This document shows, piece after piece, positions 36,701-48,700 of a stretch of 64,000 nucleotides of DNA. The stretch lies in assembly GCF_963921235.1 (NCBI RefSeq), contig NC_086108.1:48486001-48550000 (forward strand), given 5' to 3'. The position numbers were made by a program, and so were the translations under genes. Source of the DNA: Mobula hypostoma (taxonomy: Eukaryota). Below the pieces are notes generated by a model, which saw only the letters and a program-made list of their open reading frames with translations, did not search any database and was not told the DNA's origin. The first letter of the stretch is position 1; every line of letters starts with the position of its first letter.

Positions 36701-39700
36701 GTATCTCAGAAGCACCTCATGAGGCTGATTCTAATGATATTGAGATGTTTAGTGCTTACTCGAATGTAAGGTCTTTTTCACACAGGAGCGTCTTCTGTGT
36801 GGTTTCACAGTGCATGCCACACACTAATCTGTCCCTCAGTGCATCTGATAGACCAGCTCCAAATTGACAATGTTCTGATAATTTGAGCAATTCAGCACAA
36901 TATTCAGAAATGCTTTCATTTTTGATATGATTCCATTTATGGAATTTAAATCTTTCAGCAATGACCAGTGGTTTGGGGATTAAGTGCTGTTGGAGAGTGT
37001 CTACTATTTGCTTGAACCTTTTGTCATCTGACTTTTCAGGGGTTAACAAGCTCCATAGTAGGCCATATGTTTTCACGCCCATTACACTAAGTAAGATGCT
37101 GGCTTTCTTTTCTTCATTAACATCGTTAGCATCACAATATAACTCTATTCTTTCAATATAAGTTGCCCAGTCTTCAATGCCACTATCAAATGCTGTAATG
37201 GTTCCAATTAATGCCATTCTTGTTATGTTAATTTAGGCTTGGTCCCTTGTTAATTTAGCCCCAGTCCCTTGTTTTCTTTTTGACTCAAGTGATCTTTTTG
37301 TTTGCTAGCTTCGCAAGCGTACTCTGGCTAGATGGGTGTGTCGCTCCTTTTTTTAAATCTCCCTTCTGAAGCAGGCAGACCCTCAGCCCCTTAGGTCAGC
37401 GCTGGCTCTGGCCTCGGCTGGACGTGTTGCGTTTCCGACTGTGTCTTCCGCTTCCTTTCGGACTCGTACCTTGCTCTCTTCTTCTGAGTGTCGTTATCAC
37501 TTATAATGCGGCATTCTGATACGATGTAGGTTCATTAACCTCGTCGCCAATTTGTTGTGTATTTGGCCGGTTTACACAATAATATCATTAATAAAAACGC
37601 TGGAGACGGGAGCTAAATTAACAGGGTTTTTTCCTAACTAAAACCGAACTGAACACACATATATACAGATCCATACATGCCTAATAGCGCATGTTTAATA
37701 CTATGTATTAGTACAACATAAAGTAGTCCTATTTTATACAGTAGGTTATATGGTACAGTCATATTTGTGCAGGTGTCGCTGCACAGTAGAACAGTGCACC
37801 ACCACTCTAGAGTCTGCTAAATTTTCCTGAAGGTCTTTTACAGTCAAACAGGGTTTTTAATTTGCCTTTCTAGCAATCCTACGAGCAGTTCTCTCGGACA
37901 GTTTTCTTGGTCTTCCAGACCTCAACTTGACTTCCACCGTTCCTGTTAACTGCCATTTCTTAATTACATTACAAACTGAGGAAACGGCTACCTGAAAGCA
38001 CGTTGCTATCTTGTTATAGCCTTCTCCTGTTTTGTGGGCATTATTTATTTTAATTTTCAGAGTGCTAGGCAGCTGCTTAGAGGAGCCCATGGCTGCTGAT
38101 TGTTGGGACAAGGTTTGAGGGGTCAGGGTATTTATAAAGCTTTGAAATTTGCATCACCTCGCCTTTCCTAATGATGACTGTGAACAAGCCATAGTCCTAA
38201 CAAGCTAATTAAAGTCTGAGACCTTGGTAAAAGTTATCTGAGAGCACAAATCTCTTGGGGTGCCCAAACTTTTGCATGGTGCTCGTTTCCTTTTTTTTTC
38301 ATTCTAAAATTGTACAAAACAAAAATAATACACTAGTCTTGCTTAAAATGTTGAAAAGAATGTTTCATCTTTAACCTTATGACCTTTGGAGATCAGTTCA
38401 TCTTCTACTCACTTAACTATTCACAGTAACAGAAATCTTGACCGGAGCGCCCAAACTTTTGCATGCCACTGTATCAGAAGGGAGCAGAAGCCGTAGAATC
38501 ACATTTAGGTACATGCAGCATAATGTCAGAGAAGGGAAGCTAACTTTTATATTTAATTTTTATACATTATTTGCGTTAGCATTATCACCTGCTTCAAATG
38601 AATTCCAATACATGACCTCTTGTAAACATTCTTAGTAGGATGAGAAATTTGCGGATATTGTTTACTAAGACTTGGTGTTAATGAATGTTTCTGTCTTTAG
38701 TGGATGGCAGTTGGTCAGAGTGGGGTCAATGGGAAGAGTGTTCTCGTACTTGTGGCCAGGGGAACAGGACGAGGACTAGGAGTTGCAGTAATCCAACCAT
38801 GCAGTTCGGAGGGAGACGATGTGAAGGCAAGGCAGTGGAGGCCATCATGTGCAACATCCAGCCATGTCCAGGTGAACCAGTTAATTCCAAATGTTCAATC
38901 CTACAATCACTTGCTCCCTTCACCAGGACCTCTGGAAAATACTGTGTTTGTACCTATGCTCTCATTATCCCAAGGAATTTAAAACTAGTTAAATAATTAA
39001 ATGGTTTGGAAGGACCAGTGTTAATAAAAAAAAATTCTGGCTCCTTCATAGAAGGGTACCTGCCTTCCTTATCTGGTGTGACTATTGTGAGTCCAGCCCC
39101 ACACTTTAACTCTGAGCTACCCACTTTCCACAAAATGAAAAGAATAGATTGGCTTAGGGCTCCTTTTCTAACAAAAGCCATGAATTGCAACACGCTCCTC
39201 ATTAGAAATTTAAGATGATGCATTGATCTTTAGATAATTGAAACGAAGTTTCTTTTCTACACTGTTTCCTTTCATAAATGTTTAAATGTTTTTAAGCATG
39301 CCCTTTTTTCCAGTTGTGTGGCCTCTTTCTTTCATTGCCTTGTCTAAAAGATATTAGTATTGAGGTAAGCTCCAGGCATCCAATAAAAAATATATATATA
39401 GAATTAAATATAGTGTTCTGAAATGTTGCAAAATGTTTTATCTACTTAATTCTATGCAAGTTATTAGCAGAGCTTCCAAAATATTCAGATCACTGCACCA
39501 CGATGTGTCCTTGATCCATATTGTGGCTCAAAAGCAAATGCTTCTGAGCAAATTAAATAAATCACGAGACAGGAATGGTGTGACATTGAATTTGAGAGTA
39601 AGATTTTTCAATCCAAAGAAGGTGAATACAGTTGACAAGCTCCCCAAGGTGACCAGTGTTTTATCACTTTCCTTAATACTCCTTAGGAGGGAGATCCTGC

Positions 39701-42700
39701 TAAAAATTTCTTGGTAGCAAAATACAATCCACGCTAAACAAATATTGAACTTCAATCACATTGAATGGATTCTCCTGGATTTCTCTAAGAGTCTCTGTTA
39801 ACTTAGGAAATTGAAGGTGAAAAGGAATCTCCTGTTCTTGGTTATGTACACACCCAGTTGCAAAGTGCAGCTTAGGTCATATTTGTTATATTTCAGTACT
39901 TCTGTGACATCATGTCTTATGTTTGCAAACCAATGGTCAAGACTAAACATATTACTTTCAAATATGCCTTCAGCTACTGTTCAGTCAGTGCACATCCTTT
40001 ATGGATGATTCAGGGTGGGGTGGAATGATTGACATATTGAATCAGTGTTCTCACCTTCTCCAGATTATGCAATGATTTTGCCAGGCTAGTGTAGTCAATT
40101 CCACAAGATGGGTATGAAAGAAAAGCAATGAAGCAGATAGAGCTACTCTCCTGACTTGGTCTGATACTTATTTTGGTGCTGCCTGAGTGGATTTTTTCAC
40201 ATGATTGCTTAGGTTTCCTCCCACATTCCAAAGTTGTTCTGATAGATTAATTTTCTACAGTAAATTACCCTCTAGCGTAGGTGGGATTGCAGAAGAATCA
40301 AGGAGAGGACCTGTAATAGTGAGTGGTCATGGAAATATGGCTGACAGGAATGCTTTGAAAGTCAACTTACTGAATAGGCCAAATTACCTCCTTCCTGGTC
40401 AAATATATGGAAATAATAGACTAAGATTTGTTTTTCTCAGTGACAGCACAGGTTTGTCCAGTTCTAACTTACTGACTAGCTTTCTAGATAAGATATCCTA
40501 ATTATGTATGTTTTTTTAGACTGAAATATTGTTCTCCGTTTTATTAATCTCTCTCCAGTAACTGGCGGCTGGAGTTCCTGGTTGCCATGGAGTCCATGCA
40601 GTGAGACTTGTGGGAAGGGGACTCAGACTAGATTAAGACTCTGCAACAATCCTCCCCCATCATTTGACGGGACGCACTGTGAAGGGCAAGATGCACAGAC
40701 ACGCGTTTGCAAGAACAGGATGTGTCCAGGTAAGCAAGTGGCAAATAATGAGCATAAGAGAGTCTGCTGTGTAAAACAGAGCAGCAAGTACTTTTAGCCT
40801 CTGGGATGGAATTGGCATTCTGCATTTAGACAAAGGTTTTATACTTCAGCCAACACTACCTGAATCAGACCAAAAGACTAAATGCTGGTTACATCCCTGC
40901 ATATCAGCACTGAGCACAACTACAATAAAGGCCACTGGTTTTGAAACAAAATGAAGACATTGTACAAATATTCTTCAAGTGCTTGCTCAGTTCTAATCTT
41001 AAGTGAGAGGAGCCTATATTAGGAAATATTTGAAATGGATCACAAAGTTGGTCATTACTCATTGCATATAACCTGGGTCATCCTATTCCAACCTGTTTGA
41101 CATGTCATTAATCCCCGTCGGCTTAATGAGGCTTTGAAGATCAGCAACCTTGATCTTTTGTTTTTGTGGTATCTCACTGTTTCAGTGGATGGGAAATGGA
41201 TACCTTGGGTCAGCTGGAGTGCTTGTAGTGTGTCATGTGGAGGAGGCACTCGCCAAAGGGCCAGGACATGTTCAAACCCCACCCCTCGGTATGGAGGCCG
41301 CTACTGTGAAGGAAGTGATGTACAAATGGACTTCTGTAATAGTGATCCATGTCCAAGTGAGTATGAGTGAAAGAATTAGCTGAACTATTACAGTCCCCAG
41401 TTCAACACTTCCAGTTTACTTATCCGTAGAGAAAATCAAAATTAGTATCAGGTGCTTTAACATTGAGATCAGAGGTTTTAAACATCGTCTCGGCCTGAAA
41501 TCTAATTATTGTTCATTAGATGCTTATTTTCCTTTGCCGTTTTCCTTTTGGTCACAAATTTAGGATTAGATTTTCATGTCACCAGTGTCTAATCTATTAC
41601 TGTATTTAACACTCCAAATTTATAATAATCTAGCAGAAGTTTTGGGAATCTTTTGCTGTTGTCAATTTGTAATTAAACACTGATGTGAAATTAAGTAAGT
41701 GGAAAATCTTCCTTTTGAGGATTCCTGTGGTTTGAAGTTTTATCGGCCAGGAAATGGCTTGCATATTTGTTAAGTATCTTCTAGCTTCAAAGTAATTAAA
41801 TTAAATGATCTTCCATATCAATTGGCATGTTGACAAAAAAACTCTACTGGTTTAGGTGTTACATGGCTGTCTTTACAGGAAACAAGTTACATCATTACAT
41901 ACATGCACGAACTGATGAAGGCTCGGTAAGCAGTGTATCTTTAACTGGACTGAGTCAGTCATGAATTTAAAGTTGTGCTGGATATTCACTTTCCAGAGCC
42001 TGAGAGGCTTATTGCTAACCTCAGCATTCCACTACAGTACTGTAATTTTTCCAAAGAGTCAGAGTTGTTCATGACAGTTAAACTTCTAATAAATATTCCT
42101 TGCTCAACCTCTTGTTGAGACCCACCACTCTAATGGGTATTGGCAGCTGGACCTCACTGCAGAGACTAGAAAGGGAAATCATGTAGTCTCTGAAGAGTAG
42201 GTCGATCGAGTATAACCTCCCTGTAGTGAGGGTACTCGTGGATATCTATACTGAATAGGGCTTTAAATTTTCTTTTGAGTTTAGGGCTTTGCAGGCTGGG
42301 AACCCAAAACTATCACAATGTCTGTGGTTGTTTTTCACATTTTATAAGTAACATTATCTGAGCAGTAACAAAGACAAATAATCAGCTATTTTACATATCA
42401 TTTGCAACATTATAAGATAAACACGATTGATAGAAGGCTGAATGTACATTCCTCATCACATCATCTCACAAGCCTTACCCAAAGGCCCATTCCAAGTGCT
42501 TCATCTCTCTGATTAAGAAATGCATTCCAATGTTTGTCATTTTCCTACTTCCAAATTTGTTAATTCTTTTTCCGCAGACAATATGCCAATAATGGTGGCT
42601 GTTCATCAAGGCTAAAAACTATATGAGATTGATTAGATTGTTAGCGGCCCTGGATGCTCAACAGTGGTCTTGTTTGTCCTATCTTCCACACACTTCTGTT

Positions 42701-45700
42701 ACAAGTCACAACAGTGTTAATAATGCTAATAACATTTCCTTCTTCAGTTCATGGGAACTGGGGTCCGTGGAGCAGCTGGGGAACCTGCAGTCGCACGTGC
42801 AACAGAGGCCAAATGCGACGCTATCGTACCTGTGACAATCCCAGGCCAGCGAGTGGCGGAAGGGCTTGTGCAGGTGCCGACACACAGATTCATCGGTGCA
42901 GCACTGATCTTTGCCCAGGTTAGCTGGTTGATTTTACATTAGTATATATAACTGGGAGAAAAAAGAGAAAACTAATTAGTTTCAGGTGCAAGTATCAAAC
43001 TCCAATCTGTTAACTAACTTTTTCTGTCTGTATCAGAACCAAACATTTCTGCCTGTCATCAATATGTGATTTTTGTGCAGTTTTTCTCTTTACTCTCTAC
43101 TCCCTTTTCCCTCAGTTCTAGTGAAGAGTTCTAACGAGACCGAACTTTGCCTTCGTTTTTTCTTCCATAGATGCCATCTGATCTTCTGTCTCTAGTATTT
43201 TCTGAGTCTTTTTTTTTTGTAGATTTCCCATCTGCAGTTTTATTTATTGTCTTTCAGGAAAGAAGTACTGTGCTGAAAGTGTGCAGATTTGAGCAATGTG
43301 TCAGATGAGATGCATATACAGTGCAGCATCAGATACCACAGTAGCCACGAAAGTTACATCCTCTTTAGGTATAATCAAAGGGATGTGTGATGTCTGGATG
43401 AAGATTTCCTCTGAATGTTTCTTCTCTATGTGTTATTTTTGTGTTGGAACACATGCTATAGCCACATGAGGGAGATCGCACAAGAGGTTTATCCAAACTA
43501 ATGACTCAATCTTTTGTGCTCTGAAAGTTTCTACTGTCCCTGCAAACATGGAGGTAACCCAACAGAGGCTTTTGTTAGAGAAGTGGGGTATCACAGTGGC
43601 ATAGCAGTTACCGTGACACTATTACTGCTCAGGGTGTCAGAGTTCGGAGTACAATTCCAGCGTCCAGCGTCCTCTGTCAGAAAGTCTGTATGTCAGTCCC
43701 GTGAAGCGCATGGGTTTCCTTCCACGGTCAAAGATGTGACAGTTACTAGGTTAATTGGTCATTGTAAATTGTCCTATGATTAGGCTGAGGCTAAATCAGT
43801 GGGTTGGTTGCTCAGTGGGCCAGAAGAGCCTGTTTCATGCTCTACCTCTAAATAAAAAAATAAATTTACTTCCCTACTCTTTTCAGAGCTGCTTACATAG
43901 TTTGCCCTACTGGACGACAGTATGGATGAGTAATCAGTTCAAGCTATTGTTTGCTTAATATATATATTGTAAAAAATAATACTCTCATGACATGTGCTTC
44001 ATACAGCTACTGTGTGGTAGGGAATTCACCTTCCCAACTCACAAGAGCAAACCAAGTATCCTGTGACTTCAGAGTCAAATCCAGGATCAAGTGTAATGTA
44101 GTCCTTGGCAGGAACTGGTGAGCAAGTACTGTTTATTCAAGATTCACTTTGTTCTAAGACACGACAAGATGCTCTCAGATGTATTTGTAGAGTTGTACAA
44201 CACAGGTGACAGAATATTGTTCTGTTATATTGTTTCCATTCTCACTTAATGCAAATGAAAAAGTCGGTGCACTGGAACTATAATAGAAAACTGATTTGCC
44301 GCTCATCATAAGAGGTGTTATTGCTGCCGGACAAATGGCCTCATGTTACAGCAATAATCACCAAGAGATACGCTAATAATCACCATTCCCAATAATCTCA
44401 TTTACTTCTCCCAAAGTGCATGGAAGCTGGGGTCCTTGGCAGGCTTGGAATGATTGCTCAGCAACCTGTGGAGGTGGGGACCAGAGGAGACTCCGTGTGT
44501 GCAACAACCCAGTACCACTGAATGGGGGCCGCTCGTGCCCAGGAGATGGTTCACAGGTCTCCAGGTGTCAAGTTCAACCTTGTCCAGGTTTGTAAGGTTT
44601 TTTATTGAATGGTCAGGGAGACTGGCTTTGAAGTTAACAAAGTCCACTTTAAAAAGGTTTCTTTATCATTACATTTACTGATATCATCATTTTATATCAC
44701 TGGACTGTGTTGAAATTAGTTCTGGGTACATGACCATCGCCTGTGCTTTCATTTCTACAATAGAGACACTTGCTGATAATGAATGACCTTGGCTTTACCC
44801 TGAATGTTAAATAAATTTTGCTAACCCATTATAACCAACAGTAGTTCTTCACCCAGATATTTTCCTCTTCTTCACTACCTTTTCCATTTATGAGATGGGG
44901 TTAGAAGTACATAGAGGGAAAGGACATGGGGAGTCATGGGGCCAAACATGGGTAATTGACTGGTAGGGAGGATAATGTGGCTAGCATGTAGCAGTTGGGC
45001 CAAAGAGCCTCTTTCTGTGCTGTATGAATCCGGTGTTGAATTGTTGATCCTTTACACATCTTGTGGCACATCGGGCAGCAAACTTGCTGTTTATTTAGCA
45101 TTTGTCTGTTTTTCATGAGGCCAAGTTGCTAGCTTGATCCTGAACCCAGCATGGATGGAAAGCGTGCAAGGAGCCGGTCGGATTCCTGGTGTTGAACAGG
45201 GCTGTTGTATTTAAATACCACTGTTAACATTATGAAACAGCCCAGGACACTGCACAAGAGCATATGTCAAATACAACGTGAAAATGGGTCCAATAAGAAC
45301 CTTTAGGGCAAGTGACCAAAAGATTGATCAAAGTGAGAGGTCTTATTTTAAAATTAGAACATTATCAAGCAAATATTCTTCACATGATTTAGTCCAACAT
45401 AACTTCTGAAAACAAAAAACAGTAATATTATTATTGGGTAATAAATTTTCTGGTGTAATCTTACGAATTTCTGGTGGAAAGTTAACACTTATCAGCCTTC
45501 GCAATTTTGATGAATTGTGCTATTAACAGATTTTAATCTGTGCCTCGGGTGACAGGTAATGTGCTGCAATTTTGTTCCTTCGCTTCAGGTGGTCCTCAAT
45601 ATGCCAGAGGAAGTGTTATAGGCAATATTAATAATGTGGAATTTGGTGTTGCCTCGCTAAATGCCACCATCTATGACAGTTCAGAAACTGGGACACGAAA

Positions 45701-48700
45701 TATACAAGCACAAATCTTCAATGTACCAAGAAGCATTGGTAAGTGGCTGCTATTTAATTCATCAATAGAACCTCTTTGATGTGAACATAACTGAAGGGTC
45801 ATGGCTGTTCAATGGGTTTTGTATTCAGAAACTGAATTTGAGATCAATTCAATTGACATTTACCTTAAATCAAGCAAAATGACAGAAGAGAATATTTGAA
45901 ATCAAAGGAAGAAATTGAATAAAGAGACTAGGAGTGAAGGCATGGGAGGGAAAGGAGATAATACTTGAAACTGAACAGATTTGTTGCCTTTGTCGCTGAC
46001 ATAATATGCGAGAGAACACCTTCATTGCATAATATATTTTGACATGGCAATGAACAACCCACTTCTCACTTTCTAATTCTCTCATAAGTAAGAATGTGAC
46101 CCTTCCTTTATCAACAACCCTAAAGTGTGTTCTTACCGATAAACTACTATTAATACATGAAATGGGTCAAAATGATCTTACATCTGGGAGACACACATTC
46201 CCAGAGTTGCCTGGAGTTATGGTATACATGCTGTAGGTATTAGGTTGATTGCTATTTTGTAATATACTGTTTTGTGTTACAAATTCCGCTGTATTTTAGG
46301 CCCCGCCATGAGGAAACTCATTTCAATCTTAAACCCCATTTATTGGACAACTGCAAAGGAAATTGGGGAAGCTTTTAATGGATACACGCTAACAAAAGGA
46401 GTATTCAGGCGGGAGACACAAGTTGAGTTTGCTACTGGTTAGTTAAATATTTTTAATTTTTCCATTGTGCATAAAATTGGAAGAGGAGATTAATCATTTT
46501 ATCTGATACAACTGTTGTCTTAGAAATAGTTATAACTCTCTGACTGATTTCTCTTTACCATACAGCCTGGTCAATGCAAAATAGTTGGCTGTCCCTTTAA
46601 GTATTGATATCAATGTTAGGTGGAGAATTTTTTTCATTAAATATGGATGTCTGAAAATCAAAACTTTCCAATATAAGCTCTCAGGAAATTCCTTTGCTGT
46701 TATGAAATATGGTAACAATAAATTTCTTAATTGATCTTACATGCTGCTAATTATATGGTATAGCTATATTTAGACACTGTTTCTTCTTATCTAGGAGAGC
46801 TTCTCATGCTCTAACCATTTTAACTCGTTGCTTATTGAAGTAATAAGCATTTCTAATAATGTATGGGAACCTATATTATGCTGACAAACAAGCATGCTTT
46901 AAATTAATGAGTACCCATGGGGACATTTCATATTGCTGCATCTGAAAAGTTTAATGTCCAGTACAGTACTTCTAATGTTGTTGCTGAAGTACTTGTATTA
47001 ACTTCCTTCCCAAATTACTTTAATAGACAGTTCACTTTAAAGAGCTTAATGACAGATAAATGCGAGCATATTACATAATGGAATAATAATGCACAACAGA
47101 AATCAAATCAGAATTCTCCAATGGAAAATCTGAGGTAATTAAATAAACCTAATATTAAACACATGAGCAAGTACATATCATTAGAATTCAAAGCTCAAAT
47201 ATGGTTAAAATAGATTTCTGATTCAAATATAATATGAAGTCAAATTAAATGGATTTCCTTGGTCACATTTCCCAAACCTAGATTCTCATTTGCAATCTGA
47301 CTTGTAACTATCCTGAGCTTTGATATCAAGAATTAAGATATTTGCACCTTGTACCCTTAGAGGGAATTTTTGCTTTATTTTAATAGAAGTCACTTACCTG
47401 GACCTTTAAATTCTACAACAGACTTTTCAAATTAGTACAGGTTTCCCCCACCATCCGAAGGCAGAGCGTTCCTATGAAACGGTTTGTAAGCCGGAATGTC
47501 GTAAAGCGAAGAAGCAATTACCATTTATTTATATAGGAAAAATTTGTGAGCGTTCGCGACCCAAAAATAACCTACCAAATTATGTCAAATAACACATAAA
47601 ACCTAAAATAACAGTAACATATAGTAAAAGCAGGAATGATATGATAAATACACAGCCTATATAAAGTAGAAATACTTCTCTACAACGATTGCCTGCACTG
47701 TTCTCCGTAGCGAAAATCTCACGCAAGCGCCGTCGGCAGAAAATCTCATGCAAGCGCTCTCCAGTAACCTTTAAGCTATGAAGCTGCCAAATCATACCAA
47801 ATAACACATAAAAATACACAACCTAAATAAAGTAGAAATAATGTATGTACAGTGTAGTTTCACTTACCAGAGTTGGGACAGCGCTGAGCACACTGATAAT
47901 GGTGTGTTAGGGTGAGTCAGAGGTTGGGGTGGTGCAGTGGCCCCCACCCTCCGGGCAGCGAATTGATACCGTGAAGTATGCAGGAGTCCAGCGGTAGCCG
48001 GGACGCACCCAGTGCATCTTTAAGAAAACAGCCAAAATAAACAAGCTAATTAATTACGTGCCGCCCGGCATGTAAATGTCAGCCCAGATCAGAGGCAATT
48101 GCCGATTACATAGAGCAAGTGAAATCAGCAATCGCTTCTGATCTGGGCCGACATTTACATGCTGGGCGGCACCTAATTAATTAGCTTGTTTATTTCGGCT
48201 TTTTTCTTAAAGACGTGCTGGGTGCCTCCTGGCTACCGCTGCATTCTCCGCGAATCGGTATCTGTCCGCGGCCTGGTGTTTGGGGTGGTGGGACACTGGG
48301 CTTTCAATTGTTATCCTTTCCTCTTCCAATTGCATCAGCTTTTCATCTATCAGTTCTTGGTCATGGGATGCCAAAACCTCTTCAACATCATCTTCGTCAA
48401 CTTCCACAAGCCAAACTCACCCTGTCCTTGCTTCGTTCACCACGATCGAAACGCATAATTATGTCTAGTTTTACCGATACCTTAGAACTCACCTTGCTAA
48501 CAGCTGCTCACAGGCACGTGTTTAAGCAATGCCGGTGAGAATGCCATTCCGAATCCAGGGGAGAGCGGCTGCTCGGGGTGCGCGCTGCCTTTTTCTCGCG
48601 CGCTGCTTTTTTCCGCATGCACTTTTTTCATAACAGTGAAAACACCTTCTGTTAGCGAAAACAGGGAACTAATGTAGGTCTTTCGTAACAGTGAGATTTT

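Larger units (their letters stand above)
32831..37757 (-). mobile_element. Full-length decayed Gypsy/Ty3 LTR retrotransposon (probably Mag lineage)
   Basis: 205-bp LTRs at 32831-33035 and 37553-37757; 5-bp TSD GTCAT; PBS TGGCGACGAGG; PPT AAAAGGGGAGGAG; order gag (36756..37217, two CCHC-like knuckles ~36540-36640), protease LDTG, RT, RNase H, integrase. Confidence 0.95.
31916..38471 (-). mobile_element. Tc1/mariner DD34E transposon, IR/DR type with long TIRs, split by a Gypsy insertion
   Basis: TA|CAGTGGCATGCAAAAGTTTGGGC...GCCCAAACTTTTGCATGCCACTG|TA; inner direct repeats at ~32112 and ~38262; N-terminal HTH in ORF 37857..38111; [15 protein letters not shown] with 34-residue D-E spacing in ORF 32136..32723. 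Confidence 0.95.

Noticed and set aside
43110..43240. Possible decayed Penelope end or hammerhead remnant
   Set aside because: The CUGANGA and GAAA boxes are not intact; too degenerate to call.
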